Source of the DNA: Laetmonice hystrix
Lineage: Eukaryota
Length of the DNA: 64,000 nt
Assembly (NCBI GenBank): GCA_965235115.1
Contig: OZ249436.1
Span: 54,872,001-54,936,000 of the forward strand
Direction: 5' to 3'
The notes below the pieces were generated by a model. It did not search any database. It worked only from the letters and a program-made list of their open reading frames with translations, and had not been told where the DNA came from. Of this stretch, positions 11,609 to 24,151 are shown one piece after another. Both the position numbers and the translations under genes were made by a program. Numbering within the stretch: position 1 is the stretch's first letter; every line of letters starts with the position of its first letter.

Positions 11609-14600
11609 TAACGTTGGCGCATAAACCTGGTTTGGGCCGCTCAAAGAAAAATATAACAAAACTGGCCAACTGGAAAGTCAGGACATTTGGTGTAGGGCCA
11701 TATTTTTTTTTATTGTTGCAACCCAGGGTAAAGCCAAATGTGGGGCAGCAGAATGTCATGTGCCACCAGTCGACCAGATCCATGATTTAGTTAGAACGGA
11801 GAAGCTTTCCGTGGCGTACTTCAACATTCGATTACCATTGACTTTTATAATGGCTTTATACTTTAGAAAGCTATAGGCTTCTGTTTAAAGTAAGTCTAAC
11901 TATAGGGACGTGTGAGTAGTGCTGTATACCATGTATATATAATCCGAGATTTGTAATTGAGGCGATCACATTATACTGGTCGTGTGGAGTAGTAGGCCTA
12001 TATGTTACGACCTAGATCTATTGGAAACCTCATAGACGTAAAGGGAATGGAAACCTCTAGTGGATTGTATCGTTGGTTCAACAGGGCATCCATAGATTGG
12101 TGTCAAATGTTTTGAGGGCATGACCCATTTAGATATAATTATGGGTACCGGTTACATCTATCCGAACAATAAAATCATAAAATTGATCATAAAATAGCTA
12201 TGGGGGAATTGGAAAATAACAGGGGGAAATGTAGGCATTACATTAATCTGAGTGAAAGGCGATGTAAGCATACTGACGTGATAAAAGATCATAGATGTTA
12301 ACCGGACTGCCATTTTGATAATACAATTCGATAACTGGAATCTCTCGTATGAAAGGTCATGCAAGTGTTTGGGAGGGAGGTATTTTTGGCCCAACATTTC
12401 AGGTCAGAAGCCAACCTCCCCCGGCCAGTGAATACTATACCCACCCGTTGGGACATACACGGTGAGGTGGACATTGGCAGTGCTCAATCATATAGACACC
12501 TCCCCCTTATATTGTAGAAATACTCCCCATAAAGAGGCCTACAAATTTACAAGATATAAAACTGTAAAAAGGAACAGCGCATGCTGCTGTTATTGGAAAT
12601 TACTGCCAATGTTATTGTAGTTTGACAGTTACTGTTGCTGTATTCGATCAGTACAATCAGCAACTGTAAATTTACAAGAAAAAATATAAGATATAAAACT
12701 GTGAAAGGAAAAGCGCATGATGCTGTTATTGGAAATTACTGCCAATGTTACTGTATTTTGAAGGGTTACTGTTGCTGTATTCGATCAGTACAAAAAGCGA
12801 ACTGTAAATTTACAGGACGTAAGACGTTACTGGATAACCAGCACAGTGGTCACGTGATGACTATATCACCTGCCCTTTTCTGTGTCTATACCCCGAATTG
12901 TCATATACCTGTGATAGTCGGTTAATGTAACCGTGGGCATAAATTAGCAAATTGTCAAACAGGGGCCTAATTATAGGTGGGATGTATTAATATGGCTAAT
13001 GGAAACACCATCTTTGGACGTTAGGGAACATAATATTAACTCCTCTAGCTGTAAAAGCAGTCGACATTATCATGCGGAGTAGCCTCTTAGGTTGCGGACG
13101 TTTGAATTTTCCTCGAATGGACCTGCCATACGAATTTAAATTACACATAATTGATTGTAACATGGCTGTTAATTTACGTCGTTTCTGAGGTCCGGAACTA
13201 CAGAAAGACAACTGTATTTTTACATCTAATGTTCAGTGGGGCTGGGCCCGCATGCTGTCTCATAGCTACAAAAGGTCGGCGCCGTCTGCTGCTCGTCCTA
13301 TACCTTTGGCCGCCACATGATCGTCGCTTATCTTACTCAATATCAAAGTTTATATTGTTCGCGTATACTGTAGGCCGACTCATGCATAGGGGGTCCCGTG
13401 CGTGTGATCCACTTAACTAGGCTACATGCCGCTGACAGCGACAATGAGCCCTTTTCAGTATACATATCCATAAAACCTTCAATTTTGCCAGCTCCCTTGT
13501 GTTTTCTGGCGAGTGTCTTCTCCAACTGCATGAAAATGATAGAAAGAGCAGGTTTGTTTGGTGCAGGAGGCAGGCCCGCGGTCTGAGACGAGGATATTTC
13601 CTACACACCCCCACCCACCCCTACCCCCAGCTCTCAACTCTACAATTTTCATAGTTTGTCACTGATATTTAGGGCATCATGTTATATGGTTAATAGCATT
13701 TTGTGGTGACATTTTTTGGCAGATAGACCAAAAACTCTTTTATGTGGAAACAAATCAAACATCACATGTCGAAAAATGCCTAGTGTCACCCTCCTATTTC
13801 AGTTAAAAAGGAAAAGGTGATCGATGTAACCCCCATCCTGTTCACTGTTCACACACAGCTCTTAGTCTCTTTTTGAATATCCCGGCCGACTTCCTGACTT
13901 CTTCTAGAGTAATTCCCTCCCACCTTTCCTGAATTTTCCCCTTCAGTTCGTTCTCGGCGATTTTTTTTCAGGGCAGTTTTCCGCTTAAAAGACGTGCGGC
14001 TTCACGCTAATAACCCTGCTGGTCCGGCATTGCAATTTTTGACACAAATTTTTAGAAATGGCCCTATTTGTAGACCTTTTGACCCATTTATTTGAAATTT
14101 GTACCACAGAGCCCAAATAGCTAGATGATATCATGTTCCAAATATTATGACATTGGGGTAACAATTATAGACATTACCGTCAAGAAAAGAGTGTTCCAAA
14201 ATGTTTAGGCCCACCCGATATATATACCGGCGATGAGTTGCCACGTTTGACGCGACTGGTGATCAACTGATCAGGTGAATATTGCATCCCCCCCCCCCCC
14301 CCCCGAGCAGATGGAGAACATCCCCCCCCCCCCTCGAGCAGATGGAGAAGGACGTAGGCATCAAATTTTGGACTGGGGAATCCCCATACGTGTGGTATAA
14401 TTAATATCATGGACCTTCATATCCCCCCTCCCTCCGTATAATATCTACCCATCATTCACTGCATGATATTATCTTCTAAATACAGGCCAAACTTCTCGTG
14501 GCGAGGAGATCATTTGGTCGGTCCATATCAGATTGATAATTTGTCATGGCCTATAATCTACCAGTAGGCCTACAACGCTTGAAGTTGTGCAAGGTCGTAG

Positions 14601-15233
14601 GCCTATAATTTTACATAAAAAGTAGCTATAGCACAAGCAAGTAGGCCTCCTGCATTGTTTCAGGGGAGGGTTGTATGGGGTGGAGAGGAGGCTACTGCTC
14701 TTAATATCCCAAGTTTACCCCCCGCAATGATGTAACGTTTTGGGTTTATCTGAAATACTCCGAGATTTGTTCCAGTTATCTCACAGAAACCAAAATTTAA
14801 CCACGCCACTTTTCTTTATCAGAGAAATGGGAACTCTCAAAGTTGCAATGTCGGCCCCTGATCGTCTAGATCATGCAGCTGGTCTAGATAATGGCAGCAG
14901 ACACGCCTCCTCGTGCCAATCTGACCAATTCTCAAGTCTCCCTCGTCCCTGACCTCAACCATTAGAGTGGCCTCCATTCACGGAGTGGAGCTGTCGAGAT
15001 GACTGATTTATAGCTCAGCGAACGTCGGCCTAGCTACAGCCTCGGGAAGCTGGGCCGTTTTTACCGTCTATCGGCCTCCTCGCAACTATAGTGCGTAATT
15101 AGCTATAGGCCTACCGTAGGCCCTAGGCCGAGACACTTTTTGCAATGCACACGTTTGAAAAGCGGAGAATGATGCACGTTACCTGGGTGTACTTGACCTC
15201 AGGGGTGGACACGGGCTCCGGAAAGTTGGACAT
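5941..15233 (-). CDS. ALDH1A: Cytosolic aldehyde dehydrogenase of the ALDH1/2 family, ALDH1A-like (retinal dehydrogenase-like), 14 exons, 496 aa
   Basis: Exons 15233-15183, 11267-11163, 10904-10764, 10247-10118, 9732-9671, 9403-9275, 8772-8659, 8374-8272, 7788-7604, 7311-7147, 6826-6669, 6535-6461, 6265-6226, 5973-5941. All GT-AG, total 1491 nt, open frame from [24 protein letters not shown] to [10 protein letters not shown]. Motifs [27 protein letters not shown], catalytic [27 protein letters not shown]. No mitochondrial leader. Confidence 0.95.
10394..10536. mobile_element. Short MITE (PIF/Harbinger-like ends) in ALDH intron 3
   Basis: CAGGGGCTCGTTTCACTAA ... TTAGTGAAACGGGCCCTG inverted termini. 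Confidence 0.6.
11305..11606. repeat. (GA)n/(GACA)n compound microsatellite ~40 bp from the ALDH exon 2 acceptor
   Basis: Direct reading; explains the RE/SL-repeat ORFs in the track. Confidence 0.95.
12543..12815. repeat. Diverged tandem duplication (~130 bp x2)
   Basis: AAGATATAAAACTGT...GCGCATG.TGCTGTTATTGGAAATTACTGCCAATGTTA...GTTGCTGTATTCGATCAGTACAA occurs twice. Confidence 0.8.
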
Positions 15234-15324
15234 GATGATGTAACCTTGCAAGGTATCGTCTGGAAGCTTGTCTGTTGGTTCACTTCACACTGCCGGTAGG
15301 ACCAGCCAAGCTGGTATGCGGCGC

Positions 15325-15331
15325 TTTTATA
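15325..15331 (-). promoter_or_regulatory. TATA box of the ALDH gene
   Basis: TATAAAA on the minus strand ~92 nt upstream of the ATG, in a GC/CpG-rich context. Confidence 0.65.
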
Positions 15332-15471
15332 CGGTTCGCTGCGGCATTTGTCGGAGGTCATGAATACGGCGGTGGCCCAGAGGGTTTATTTCGTGTTTAA
15401 CACAGGCAGGGCACTGTGCCGTCTGCCGAGGTCTACACGAAAGGTTTTTCCTTAGGTCCCTCCCATAGTCC

Positions 15472-15679
15472 CAGTGGCGTATACGGGGGGGGGGGGGTCC
15501 AAGTATCCCGGAGCCCCCCACCCCCACCCTCCTTGAAAAAATTACAATTAGGCTAAGGACATTTTTGTAAAACAGGAGTGTAAAAGGTGCATTATTTTTT
15601 TTAATTTTCCAGAGTAGCATGGCCTAAGGCCATCGCTGAAGTACCTAAACCTCCTAACCAATTTCTGGGTATGCCCCTG
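15472..15679. mobile_element. MITE with 6-bp TSD in the ALDH proximal promoter
   Basis: TAGTCC|CAGTGGCGTATAC...GGGTATGCCCCTG|TAGTCC. Confidence 0.7.
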
Positions 15680-15695
15680 TAGTCCCATATCCTAT

Positions 15696-15710
15696 AGGTC
15701 AAAATGACCT
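15696..15710. promoter_or_regulatory. Perfect IR3 nuclear-receptor element (ERE consensus AGGTCAnnnTGACCT)
   Basis: AGGTCA-AAA-TGACCT, ~370 bp upstream of the ALDH TATA box; function untested. Confidence 0.45.
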
Positions 15711-16034
15711 ACATGTCTGCATCTTTGGCGAGCGGGAAAACATAAAACTATGGCACAAAATAAGAAATTGCTCACTCTCGCTGCCGCTAGTATTATTTTG
15801 GCTGTTGTTTTGAAAAAGAGGTGGAAGAATACGAAGAGAAGGAGACGAGTCACATGTCACTTTGGCATGTCAGAAAGACGTGCAGTGATTGGTCAAAGAT
15901 AACATCACCCATAGGTCTGACCTAGCAAAATAAAACATTTTAAGACAAAACTTATGCACCAGATGACCTCAGAAAATCTTATCCTGGCAGGGGTATACAC
16001 GCTGCGTTTTCCTATGAGACAGACCCATAGGTCA

Positions 16035-16364
16035 CAATGGGGGATCCAGGATTTTGATAAGGGGGCCCACCTAAAAAAATTTTTAGCCTCGCTACCCTCT
16101 GCATGATTTTATTGTAATCATAGCCATTTTGGGCCCCTTTTGGTCTATTTCAATGCTGCATGGCCCAGAGTTATGTTGCCCCTGGATGACTGAGGAGGCC
16201 CTATTGGGCCCGATGTTACTATCACGTACAATATAGGATGCTTTTTTTACAGAATTTTGTTGGAATACTGGTTTCAGGGTCCGAATAATGCATCTTCTTA
16301 CAAAAAAGCGGGGAAAAGGAAAATTTAAGGGGGCGGGCCCCTTGGGCCCCTGGATCCCCCAGTG
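16035..16364. mobile_element. MITE, GGATCC-TIR family, 5-bp TSD
   Basis: GGTCA|CAATGGGGGATCCAGG...CCTGGATCCCCCAGTG|GGTCA; very similar to 45574-45892. Confidence 0.85.
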
Positions 16365-17749
16365 GGTCATGATCTATAGGAAAAGATCAATCGTAGAGAC
16401 CGGGCTCAGAAATGTACACATGCGGCAAACGTTGACATTTCCACAGTAGGCCTACCAGGTGGCAGCCCCACTCCTTTTCGAAATTCCTGGATCCGCCTCT
16501 GAATCCTGTAATGGGCGACTCGTAAAAATCTTGTTCCGAATGGTGGCAGCACTGTCGCACCGGTCCCCACTCCAACAACGTAGCACAAGATTATATCATA
16601 GATGTGTCCTACACATCTATGATTAAATAGGACGAAATGCCAAGCTGTCTCAGGATGCGTTGCAACTTTTTGTTATGGAAAATTACAGTGGGTAAGACTT
16701 CTTAAACTCGTAGAAAATTTAAATGTTACTATATTTAATAAAAATTACAGCAAGGGCATCTTTGCCCGGAACTTCGTCGTCCTATCGAAACTAATGTGCG
16801 GCAGCAGTGACCGGCACGACAGTGCTGCCGCTTTTAACCATTACACGTCTCGAGTCCCCCATTGGGTCTTTCAGCAGCCATCCACGAGGTGACATCAAAT
16901 GGACGGATCTCTTGATGAATGCCTTCACGGGCCTCGTCTTGGCTGCTGTAGTAAACTATCATGAAGGCTCTATTATAGAAAATCACTGACACTCGGTTTT
17001 TTTTATTTCATGCATAATCTAAATTGACTCAAATTCACGTAGGGGCCTACTGCAGCGGGGACCGTATTGGAGCAGTCCCGGCTGACTAAATAAGCAGTTT
17101 TATGGGGGCAAAGTAATAAAACGGGCACGGACGTCCCGTCCCTAAGATTACAAATAGAACTGTCATGGCGCGGGGGAAACCTGGCCATGACACTGAAATA
17201 TTCTTGTGATTTTAGAAACAAAAATAATTTTAAAGCAGTAAAAGCTGCATCGGAAGAGTGTGGTTAGAGACCTTGTTGGATGTTGTGTGCGGGGATTTTG
17301 TTGTGTCAAATAAAGATTAAAACGAAGCAGTCGTCAGTCCGCGTATGTCTCCATCGGGAAAATGATGCCCGTTTTACCGTCCTTGGGAAGATCAGGAAAT
17401 ATTGCTTCCCAGTGGAACCTGTTCTGACATCGTTCTCCGTTTTGTTTATATTGGCCATCGTACACACTGAGCGCTTATCAAGGTCATGATTTGCCAGGTC
17501 CGGAGGGCGACCTCTGGTCAAGACTGTGTCAGTGTCATAGACTTTGAAACCTTGACACATCAGAATCATATCACCCAGTCAGACAGGCAGCGAGGCCAAG
17601 CCCGCATTGTGCTCGGTTTTTTTTTGCAACTATAGTGACAAAGAACGACTTTCTTGAGTAACTTTGACATGACCTAAATTCCATTAGGTCTTGGGAGTGG
17701 CCTATATCCCCCCATGATGACATTCCCGCGAAATTCGGGCAGTCCTATC

Positions 17750-18010
17750 GGGGTTAGGGTTATAGGGGCAGGCTAGGGATACATGTTTGGGGAGGTCTGG
17801 GGACCAAGGGTTAGGGGCAGGGCTAGGGATACATGTTTGGGGAGGTCTGGGGACCAAGGGTTAGGGGCAGGGCTAGGGATACATGTTTGGGGAGGTCTGG
17901 GGACCAAGGGTTAGGGATACATGTTTGGGGAGGTCTGGGGACCAATGTGTGGGGGTCAGGGTTAGGGGTGGCCTACATGTTTGGGAGGTTAGGGCCAGGG
18001 CTAGGTTTAG
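17750..18010. repeat. G-rich ~50-bp tandem repeat with GGGTTAGGG motifs
   Basis: The unit GGCTAGGGATACATGTTTGGGGAGGTCTGGGGACCAAGGGTTAGGGGCAG recurs; its ACATGTTTGG core starts at 17781, 17831, 17881 and ~17919. Confidence 0.85.
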
Positions 18011-18574
18011 AGCTCGGAATAGTGATCCTGTATGTTCAGTTCTTCCCACCTCTGATATTTCATGAGCATGGAAGGCCAACCTTGGGGGATTCCTTTTCAG
18101 ACACGAATGGCGGAGAAGAAAATTTGTATATTCCTTGCGAAATTTGCGGGGGAAAATCGTATATTTTTTAAAAAAGATCGTTTTTCCACGTTTTAGCCAA
18201 TCGCAGGAAGACGATGCCAGTAACTTTGTACCTAATTTAGGCTTACAAGAAGGATTATCATATGTCACCAGATGCATGGCCAGAGGAAGTAAAAGTATTG
18301 TCAATACTTTCTGCACCTTATGGTGTTTTATCTCCCCCCCTGATAGGCTACATTGAACAAAATAACACATCCTTCGACTATTACTTTCAGTAAATTCCAA
18401 AAACCTGGAAAAGGGGGCCCTTCTGCCTGTATCGCAGCCTATAGGCAGTCCCTTTGACCCCCAGCCAATAGTGTTCCGATTTCTCAATTTCCAATGGTGG
18501 CACATATTGGCAACTCGCCTTGAGCTTTGCGGTCTGGCTACGGCCCTGGTACATGAATACACATGTGTGTTGTG

Positions 18575-18617
18575 GGTGTGTGTGAGAGAGAGAGAGGGAG
18601 GGAGGGAGGGGGGGAGG

Positions 18618-18689
<72 letters not shown>
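18575..18689. repeat. (GT)n/(GGGA)n/(GA)n microsatellite
   Basis: Direct reading. Confidence 0.95.
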
Positions 18690-18692
<3 letters not shown>

Positions 18693-18800
18693 TAAAGAGG
18701 TGCAGTGAGGGAGAATGAGTTCCAATATTTTTTCATCAATGATTATTAATATTTGCCGTTTTTGTTATTTCAACATACGTGTCGCTGAACACTTCCAGAA

Positions 18801-18936
18801 ATATCATATCACATAATCGTATATCCGTAAAATAGGATTGATCAATATCATATCACATAATCGTATATCCGTAATATAGGATTGATCAATATCATATCAC
18901 ATAATCGTATATCCGTAAAATAGGATTGATCAATAT
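18801..18936. repeat. 44-bp tandem repeat x3
   Basis: ATATCATATCACATAATCGTATATCCGTAAAATAGGATTGATCA x3. Confidence 0.9.
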
Positions 18937-19164
18937 CCGTCAATCAGTTTAAAGCCGAGGTCAAGATTGAGCAAGTTCCAAAATAGATATTCTAGAAGCA
19001 TACCTGTGTGATACTTTATATTAGTTACCTCATTTTGTGTCGATTTCATACTGAAAACCGCAGACAAAATCACCTCCAATAATTTTATTGAAAACGACTA
19101 TAGTTTTATACCTAATGTTGCCATCTCTGCGCAGAGTGAGGGGCCTCGGGTGGGCGAGTGGTCT

Positions 19165-19597
19165 AAAGCCGCCGTGTACACAATGTCATGTAGCGTTTTT
19201 GCGGCAACGGCAACGGTAATGCGGCAATGCGGCAGCGGCCAAAATGAAAACCAGTGAACGTGTACACATGCGTACGGTAACGGCAATACGACTATCCGAC
19301 TATCTGCCATACCGCAGTCCGACTATCCGCCAATAGTTCAAATCGCTCGAGAAGCGATTTTTTGCCGTCACCGCATGCAGACCGTCCGGCAACGCCCCAC
19401 AGTTACGTAAGATTATGGAGTAGGCCTATATAGGCCAAAATCTCTAAATAACAGTACACGTTAACGGATCCGTTTTATGTTTCGCCGTTACAATCATGTG
19501 TACACTCATTGCCGCTTGGCCGTTGCCGCTTCCGTTACCGCTGCCGTTACCGCTGCCGTTACCGCTGCCACAAAACGCCACATGTGTACAAGGCTTT
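19165..19597. mobile_element. MITE (PIF/Harbinger-like) with internal CGGCAA/TTGCCG repeats
   Basis: AAAGCC...TGTACACA / TGTGTACAAGGCTTT inverted ends, with mirrored GCGGCAACGGCAACGGTAA and TTACCGCTGCCG arrays. Confidence 0.6.
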
Positions 19598-20720
19598 AAC
19601 CAACACATAGCTCGATCTTATGTCAATCTGATTTTTACTGTGGCCGAAAAGTACAAACGTTCTTGTCTGGAGGATGTGTTTGTTACAGTGCACAGCCGTC
19701 AATATACAACCCAGCTATCATACTGTATAGTACAACTAACGGCATCTGACGGTGCATGTAAGACCCCCATTCAACACACTTTTTGAGATAACCACATCAG
19801 ACAAATAGACATTATGCCAAGACCGTTCGCCTGAAGTTATTTTTGGCATCATTTCCATTGACCTCGCCTGTGACCTTGTGGAGTATGGCATAGTTAAGTC
19901 CCATACACTTGATATACCGGTATTTTGAAACCGACAAAAACATTTGGCATAGACGTGTCCTGGAGACACAGAGCTGTTTCCTGACGACACAGCATGATAA
20001 AATCCAGGTGGCATATGTAGGCCTATGTGTCTTGAAGACACAGCAGATACCTTGTGTTGGGCGCATAGATGGTGTAGGTAGAATAGGCACAGCAGATTGG
20101 CCTATACCCACGTGTAGGGCGCATGCACGTTTAATGCAGAGCATATTAGAGAGCGTGGATAAATCTAAAACGGAACTTGGAAGGGCGCATGCGCAGCACC
20201 ACAGGATTGTTTACATTCAACGGCCAAATGCCAAAAGTACGGGGACGATGTTCATGTGCCAGGTGGTGGGCGTTCCCCAGGACACAGTTGAGAGAACCAT
20301 TCTGTCTGCTCAACTCTTTGGGCCGAAGTTTCATATAGCTCATATTTCATTTTCTACGGGTAACGATTGTGTTCTAACTTACTATACTAGACTTTCAGAC
20401 CTCCCTTTCTATGTACACGCAGCTGTCCTACAGAGACACTTCATAAATTTCATTTTTGAACTCCCTTGCCGTTTTGTTCCGAACCGTAGGTTTTAAGTGA
20501 ATCTGGGTCCTGGAATGTCCTTTCAAACAAGTAATAAGTTATTTTTCAACTACATGTGCAAGCGACTGTCAGAAGTAGGTGGTGGATAGGGCCTATAGAG
20601 ACCAGGGGAGCGTTTCACAACATCTCGTTAGAATGACGTACCCCAGCCTTTGCTGTAACCCTTCCATACACAATTAAAACTGTCAAAACTTATAATAGCT
20701 CTTTCCTCGTTCCGAATTGT

Positions 20721-20885
20721 GTGTGAAAGGTTTGTCAGTCAGTTCCTTCCCGAAGGTCGGTGGTTTCCTCCGGGTACTCCGGTTTCCTCCACCAAGAAAA
20801 ACTGACTTTCATCTCATCTTCACCGCCGTGATATGACCCTGGCTGTTGCAAGGCGTAAAACCCCAAATACCCACCCACCCACCCT
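20721..20885 (+). mobile_element. 5'-truncated SINE with V-domain-like core and (CACC)n tail
   Basis: Core GGTTTCCTCCGGGTACTCCGGTTTCCTCC; flanked by GAATTGT direct repeats (20714-20720, 20886-20892). Nearly identical inverted copy at 45214-45364. Confidence 0.75.
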
Positions 20886-21019
20886 GAATTGTAGCTATAC
20901 TGATCTAACCCAATAGGTTGAGTTTGAAAAAAATATTCTGCGGAAAGGTCAAGGTCGTCCAACTGAATATTATGAATGTCTTCATTTGTTGGCATTTGCG
21001 GGAATATCTCTAGGCACAA

Positions 21020-22110
21020 TAGACCAGCTATCAAAACGTGCAATTAACTTACAGTCAGCGCAATTCTCGGTCAATGCAGACTTCAAGAGCAGATAAGTGA
21101 TATTTTCAAGCTCATTACTGACAGCCATCTTGGATATGAGCATCAGGGAGGCCTCAAAATGGAGAAAAAAAAACTAATGCCGGAAATAGATTCTTCATGT
21201 CACATTTGGTCGAAAAAGTCCTATCATACATGTTACTAGCCCAAGCAGTTCAATAGTTATATTTTCAGCATGGCCGTGGGTGGCCATCTTGGATTTCAAC
21301 CGGAAGGAGGCCTCCATATAGCATAATAATGCCAGAAATCGGTTCCTCGTGTGAGATTTAGTGGAAAAAGTGTTATTATACATGCTTCTAACATCGGAAT
21401 CGAAATATACAATTTTAATATGGCGACTGGCTACCATTTTGGATTTCGTTCTTTACCAGAAATAGCTGCCATTCCTAGATTGCCAACAAGTTTGCATTAT
21501 TTCGGACCCCACAAAGACATCTAGGGGGTTGCTAACTGCTTGAAGATAGACCAGCTATCAAAACGTGCAATTAACTTACAGTCAGCGCAATTCTCGGTCA
21601 ATGCAGACTTCAAGAGCACTGATAAAAGATATTTTCAAGCTCATCACTGACAGCCATCTTGGATATCAGTATCAAGGAGGCCTTCAAATGGAAAAATAAT
21701 GGCGGGAATAGATTCTTCATGTCACATTTGGTTGAAAAAGTCCTATCATACATGTTCCTAGACCAAGCAGTTCAGTAGTTACATTTATCAGCATTTTTCT
21801 TGGATTTCAACCGGAAGGGGGCCTCAAAATCAAATATTAATGCCAGAAATCGATTCCTCGTATGAGATTTAGTGGAAAAAGTGATATTATACATGCTTCT
21901 ATGACAAGGGAATCGAAACATACAATTTTAATATGGCGACTGGCAGCCATTTGGATTTCGCGCTTTACCGGAAGTAGCCGCCATTGCTAGATTGCCAACA
22001 AGTTTTTTTGTATTATTTGGGACCCCCTAAAGACATCTAGGGGGGTCGCTTGCTTTCATCACAAAATGCCCACGGGACTTTATTTCATGCAACATGCTCC
22101 CTGACTATTC
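21020..22110. repeat. Diverged ~527-bp tandem duplication within a probable non-autonomous DNA element
   Basis: TAGACCAGCTATCAAAACGTGCAATTAACTTACAGTCAGCG starts at ~21020 and ~21547; recurrent GCCATCTTGGAT motifs. Confidence 0.75.
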
Positions 22111-22259
22111 AGTAAAATTCCAGTTTATGTTAACATTGAATTTCTAACAAAAACCAACGGGAAGTTAAATCAGTCCGTTGCTTTCAACGACAGTGTCAAA
22201 ACGGGATGTTACATAAACATCTACTTTTTCCAACCCACTAAAATGATGTCGGAGTTTGC

Positions 22260-22670
22260 GGCCAGGTAAATGAGGTCTCTCTTCATGAGGTCGGCCAGTT
22301 TATTCATGAGACGCGTTGTGATACGACAATCGTCCGCCAGGGGAATCCGTCAACACAGAAAGCCGGATTAGGGAGTTGGTCTCATTTCAGAACGCTGGAT
22401 CAAATAAAAGCTTATGGCGTTTCCGTGAGTATTGGCTCTGTGAGTTTGGTCCAGTTTTTATAGGTGGGCCTTTTGAAATCAGGAAAGCCGCCACCTTCTC
22501 AATTACTGCGGGTTATTTTGGTTTCAGTACTTTATGTTTAGGAAGCGTTGTCTGACTGACCCGTTAATGCGTGACGGTACGGATTAGCGGGACGTTGCGG
22601 ACTAACCCTGTCTGCCTCCTGTACCTGGGCGGTGACCTCTCCGGTGACCGGGTTGTGGGCGGGAAGGGTC
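22260..22670 (-). pseudogene. Decayed genomic duplicate of ALDH exon 2 (3' part), intron 2 and exon 3
   Basis: Minus strand reads TLPAHNPVTGEVTAQVQEADR|gt, then intron sequence matching ~10905-11160 (GCCACCTTCTCAATTACTGC), then WRT and RLMNKLADLMKRDLIYLA. There are deletions, a frameshift and a GC in place of the GT donor. Confidence 0.85.
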
Positions 22671-23376
22671 TGATCTGGTATTTGCCAATGCAGGAAGAGA
22701 AACACTAAAAAAACACTAAGAGTTGCAGGGCCAGGACGGCACCAAGAAGTAGCAATTTAATCACTGTACGCTACATTTGGTTGTAAGGGTTTGTAAAGAC
22801 TATTCGCGACACCTGTGTGGGACTTTGGAATGTGTGTATTGTTCAGAATGTGTAATATTTTTTTGGTGCGGGTTTCGGTTTGCGGAGACCTATACGTGTG
22901 TGTGTATTCGTGCACAAAACACTGTTCAGGTCACGTTTCATCCATACACAAATCCCTGCAACCACACATAACCCTCTTGAAGTCGTTGACTTTGCAACAG
23001 AACAAAGGTAAATCGTCAACAGCACTTCGCTCAGCTGGCTAGAGTCTAAGATCAACTCTGTTTGTTCACATAGTTTGTTGCCGCAGACCGGCAGCGCGAA
23101 TCAGTTGCGGATCAGTTGCGGATAACGCTCTCAGTCCGTAAGGCACGTATAGAAACGTGGAGCCCTGTAGGCCTACATACTATATACTGTTTACAAGGGC
23201 TTACGGGTCAAGGTCAAGGACTGAATTTCGGTGTACACCGAAACTCACGTTGGACGTTGTTTGTGGCTTGATTAAAGGCCTATCAACGCTATTTTGAGGG
23301 TAAGGATATTTAGTTCGGACCTCTTTACACTATCATAACAAAACGCAAAGTCAGTCGAAATATTGCGCCCCTTTAA

Positions 23377-23716
23377 AGGTGCTATTCGTCTCGCACAGAA
23401 TGACATTTCTCCTATCATACATTGTGCACATAGTACTAGAAAAAATTCCTACCGATACCATTGGCCTGATAAACCTTCTATTAGTTTGTGTGCAGCATTT
23501 GAAACCTATCTCGGTGCGCACCGAGATAGAGCCATTTCCTATGGTGGGGCGTGTCAGGGTCTCCAGAGGCCTTCTGAAAGAGCCCCATTTGTGCCGTTAT
23601 CCATGAAAAGTTTTGATTTCCTTTGTTGTGAATCTATTTCCATGATAGGTAGGATCACATAAACGTCAACAAAATTAAAAATAAAAAAATTGAATTTTTA
23701 TTCACGAATAGCACCT
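23377..23716. mobile_element. TTAA-flanked MITE (Kolobok-like)
   Basis: TTAA|AGGTGCTATTCGT...ACGAATAGCACCT|TTAA. Confidence 0.8.
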
Positions 23717-24151
23717 TTAAAGGTTCCAAGTCGGTCCTACGGATGAGATTCTGTACAAGGCAACAAGAACAGTTTCCTAACTCGCTCCATCTAGACATCT
23801 ATCCTATAGGAGGTCACCTAGGGGGTATGAGTGTAACAAGAAATCTGTTTCTTAAAAACAGGGTGTTGTTTTTAATGGGTTACACAATGGAACCTTCTAA
23901 TTGGAGTTTAATACAAAGCTGTCCGAGAGATTTTATGACATGAGGCTGAAAGTGTGTATGAAAGTATAGTTAATACGTGCATTGATTGTAGCCGGAGCAA
24001 ACTGTACGACTTGGTATACGTTTTTAATTGGCATCATTTAACGGTCATTTAACCATTGTTAGAAATACCTGCCATTCTTTGATTCGGAGGGCACAGAGTG
24101 GTGTGCTCCCCCTTCAGTTTGCTAAGCACTTTTCTTGTTTTTACCGCAGTA

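Noticed and set aside
11211..11790. ORFs with RERERE/SLSLSL tracts (also 5178-5508, 17873-18739)
   Set aside because: Translations of GA/CT microsatellites and G-rich repeats.
19909..20496. 195-aa + strand ORF
   Set aside because: Non-ATG start, no recognisable domain or splice structure. It may be decayed coding or TE sequence, but I cannot support a call without a homology search.
20735..21043. Repeated peptide ...FSWWRKPEYPEETTDLREGTD (also 45111-45362)
   Set aside because: Antisense translation of two SINE copies, not a gene family.
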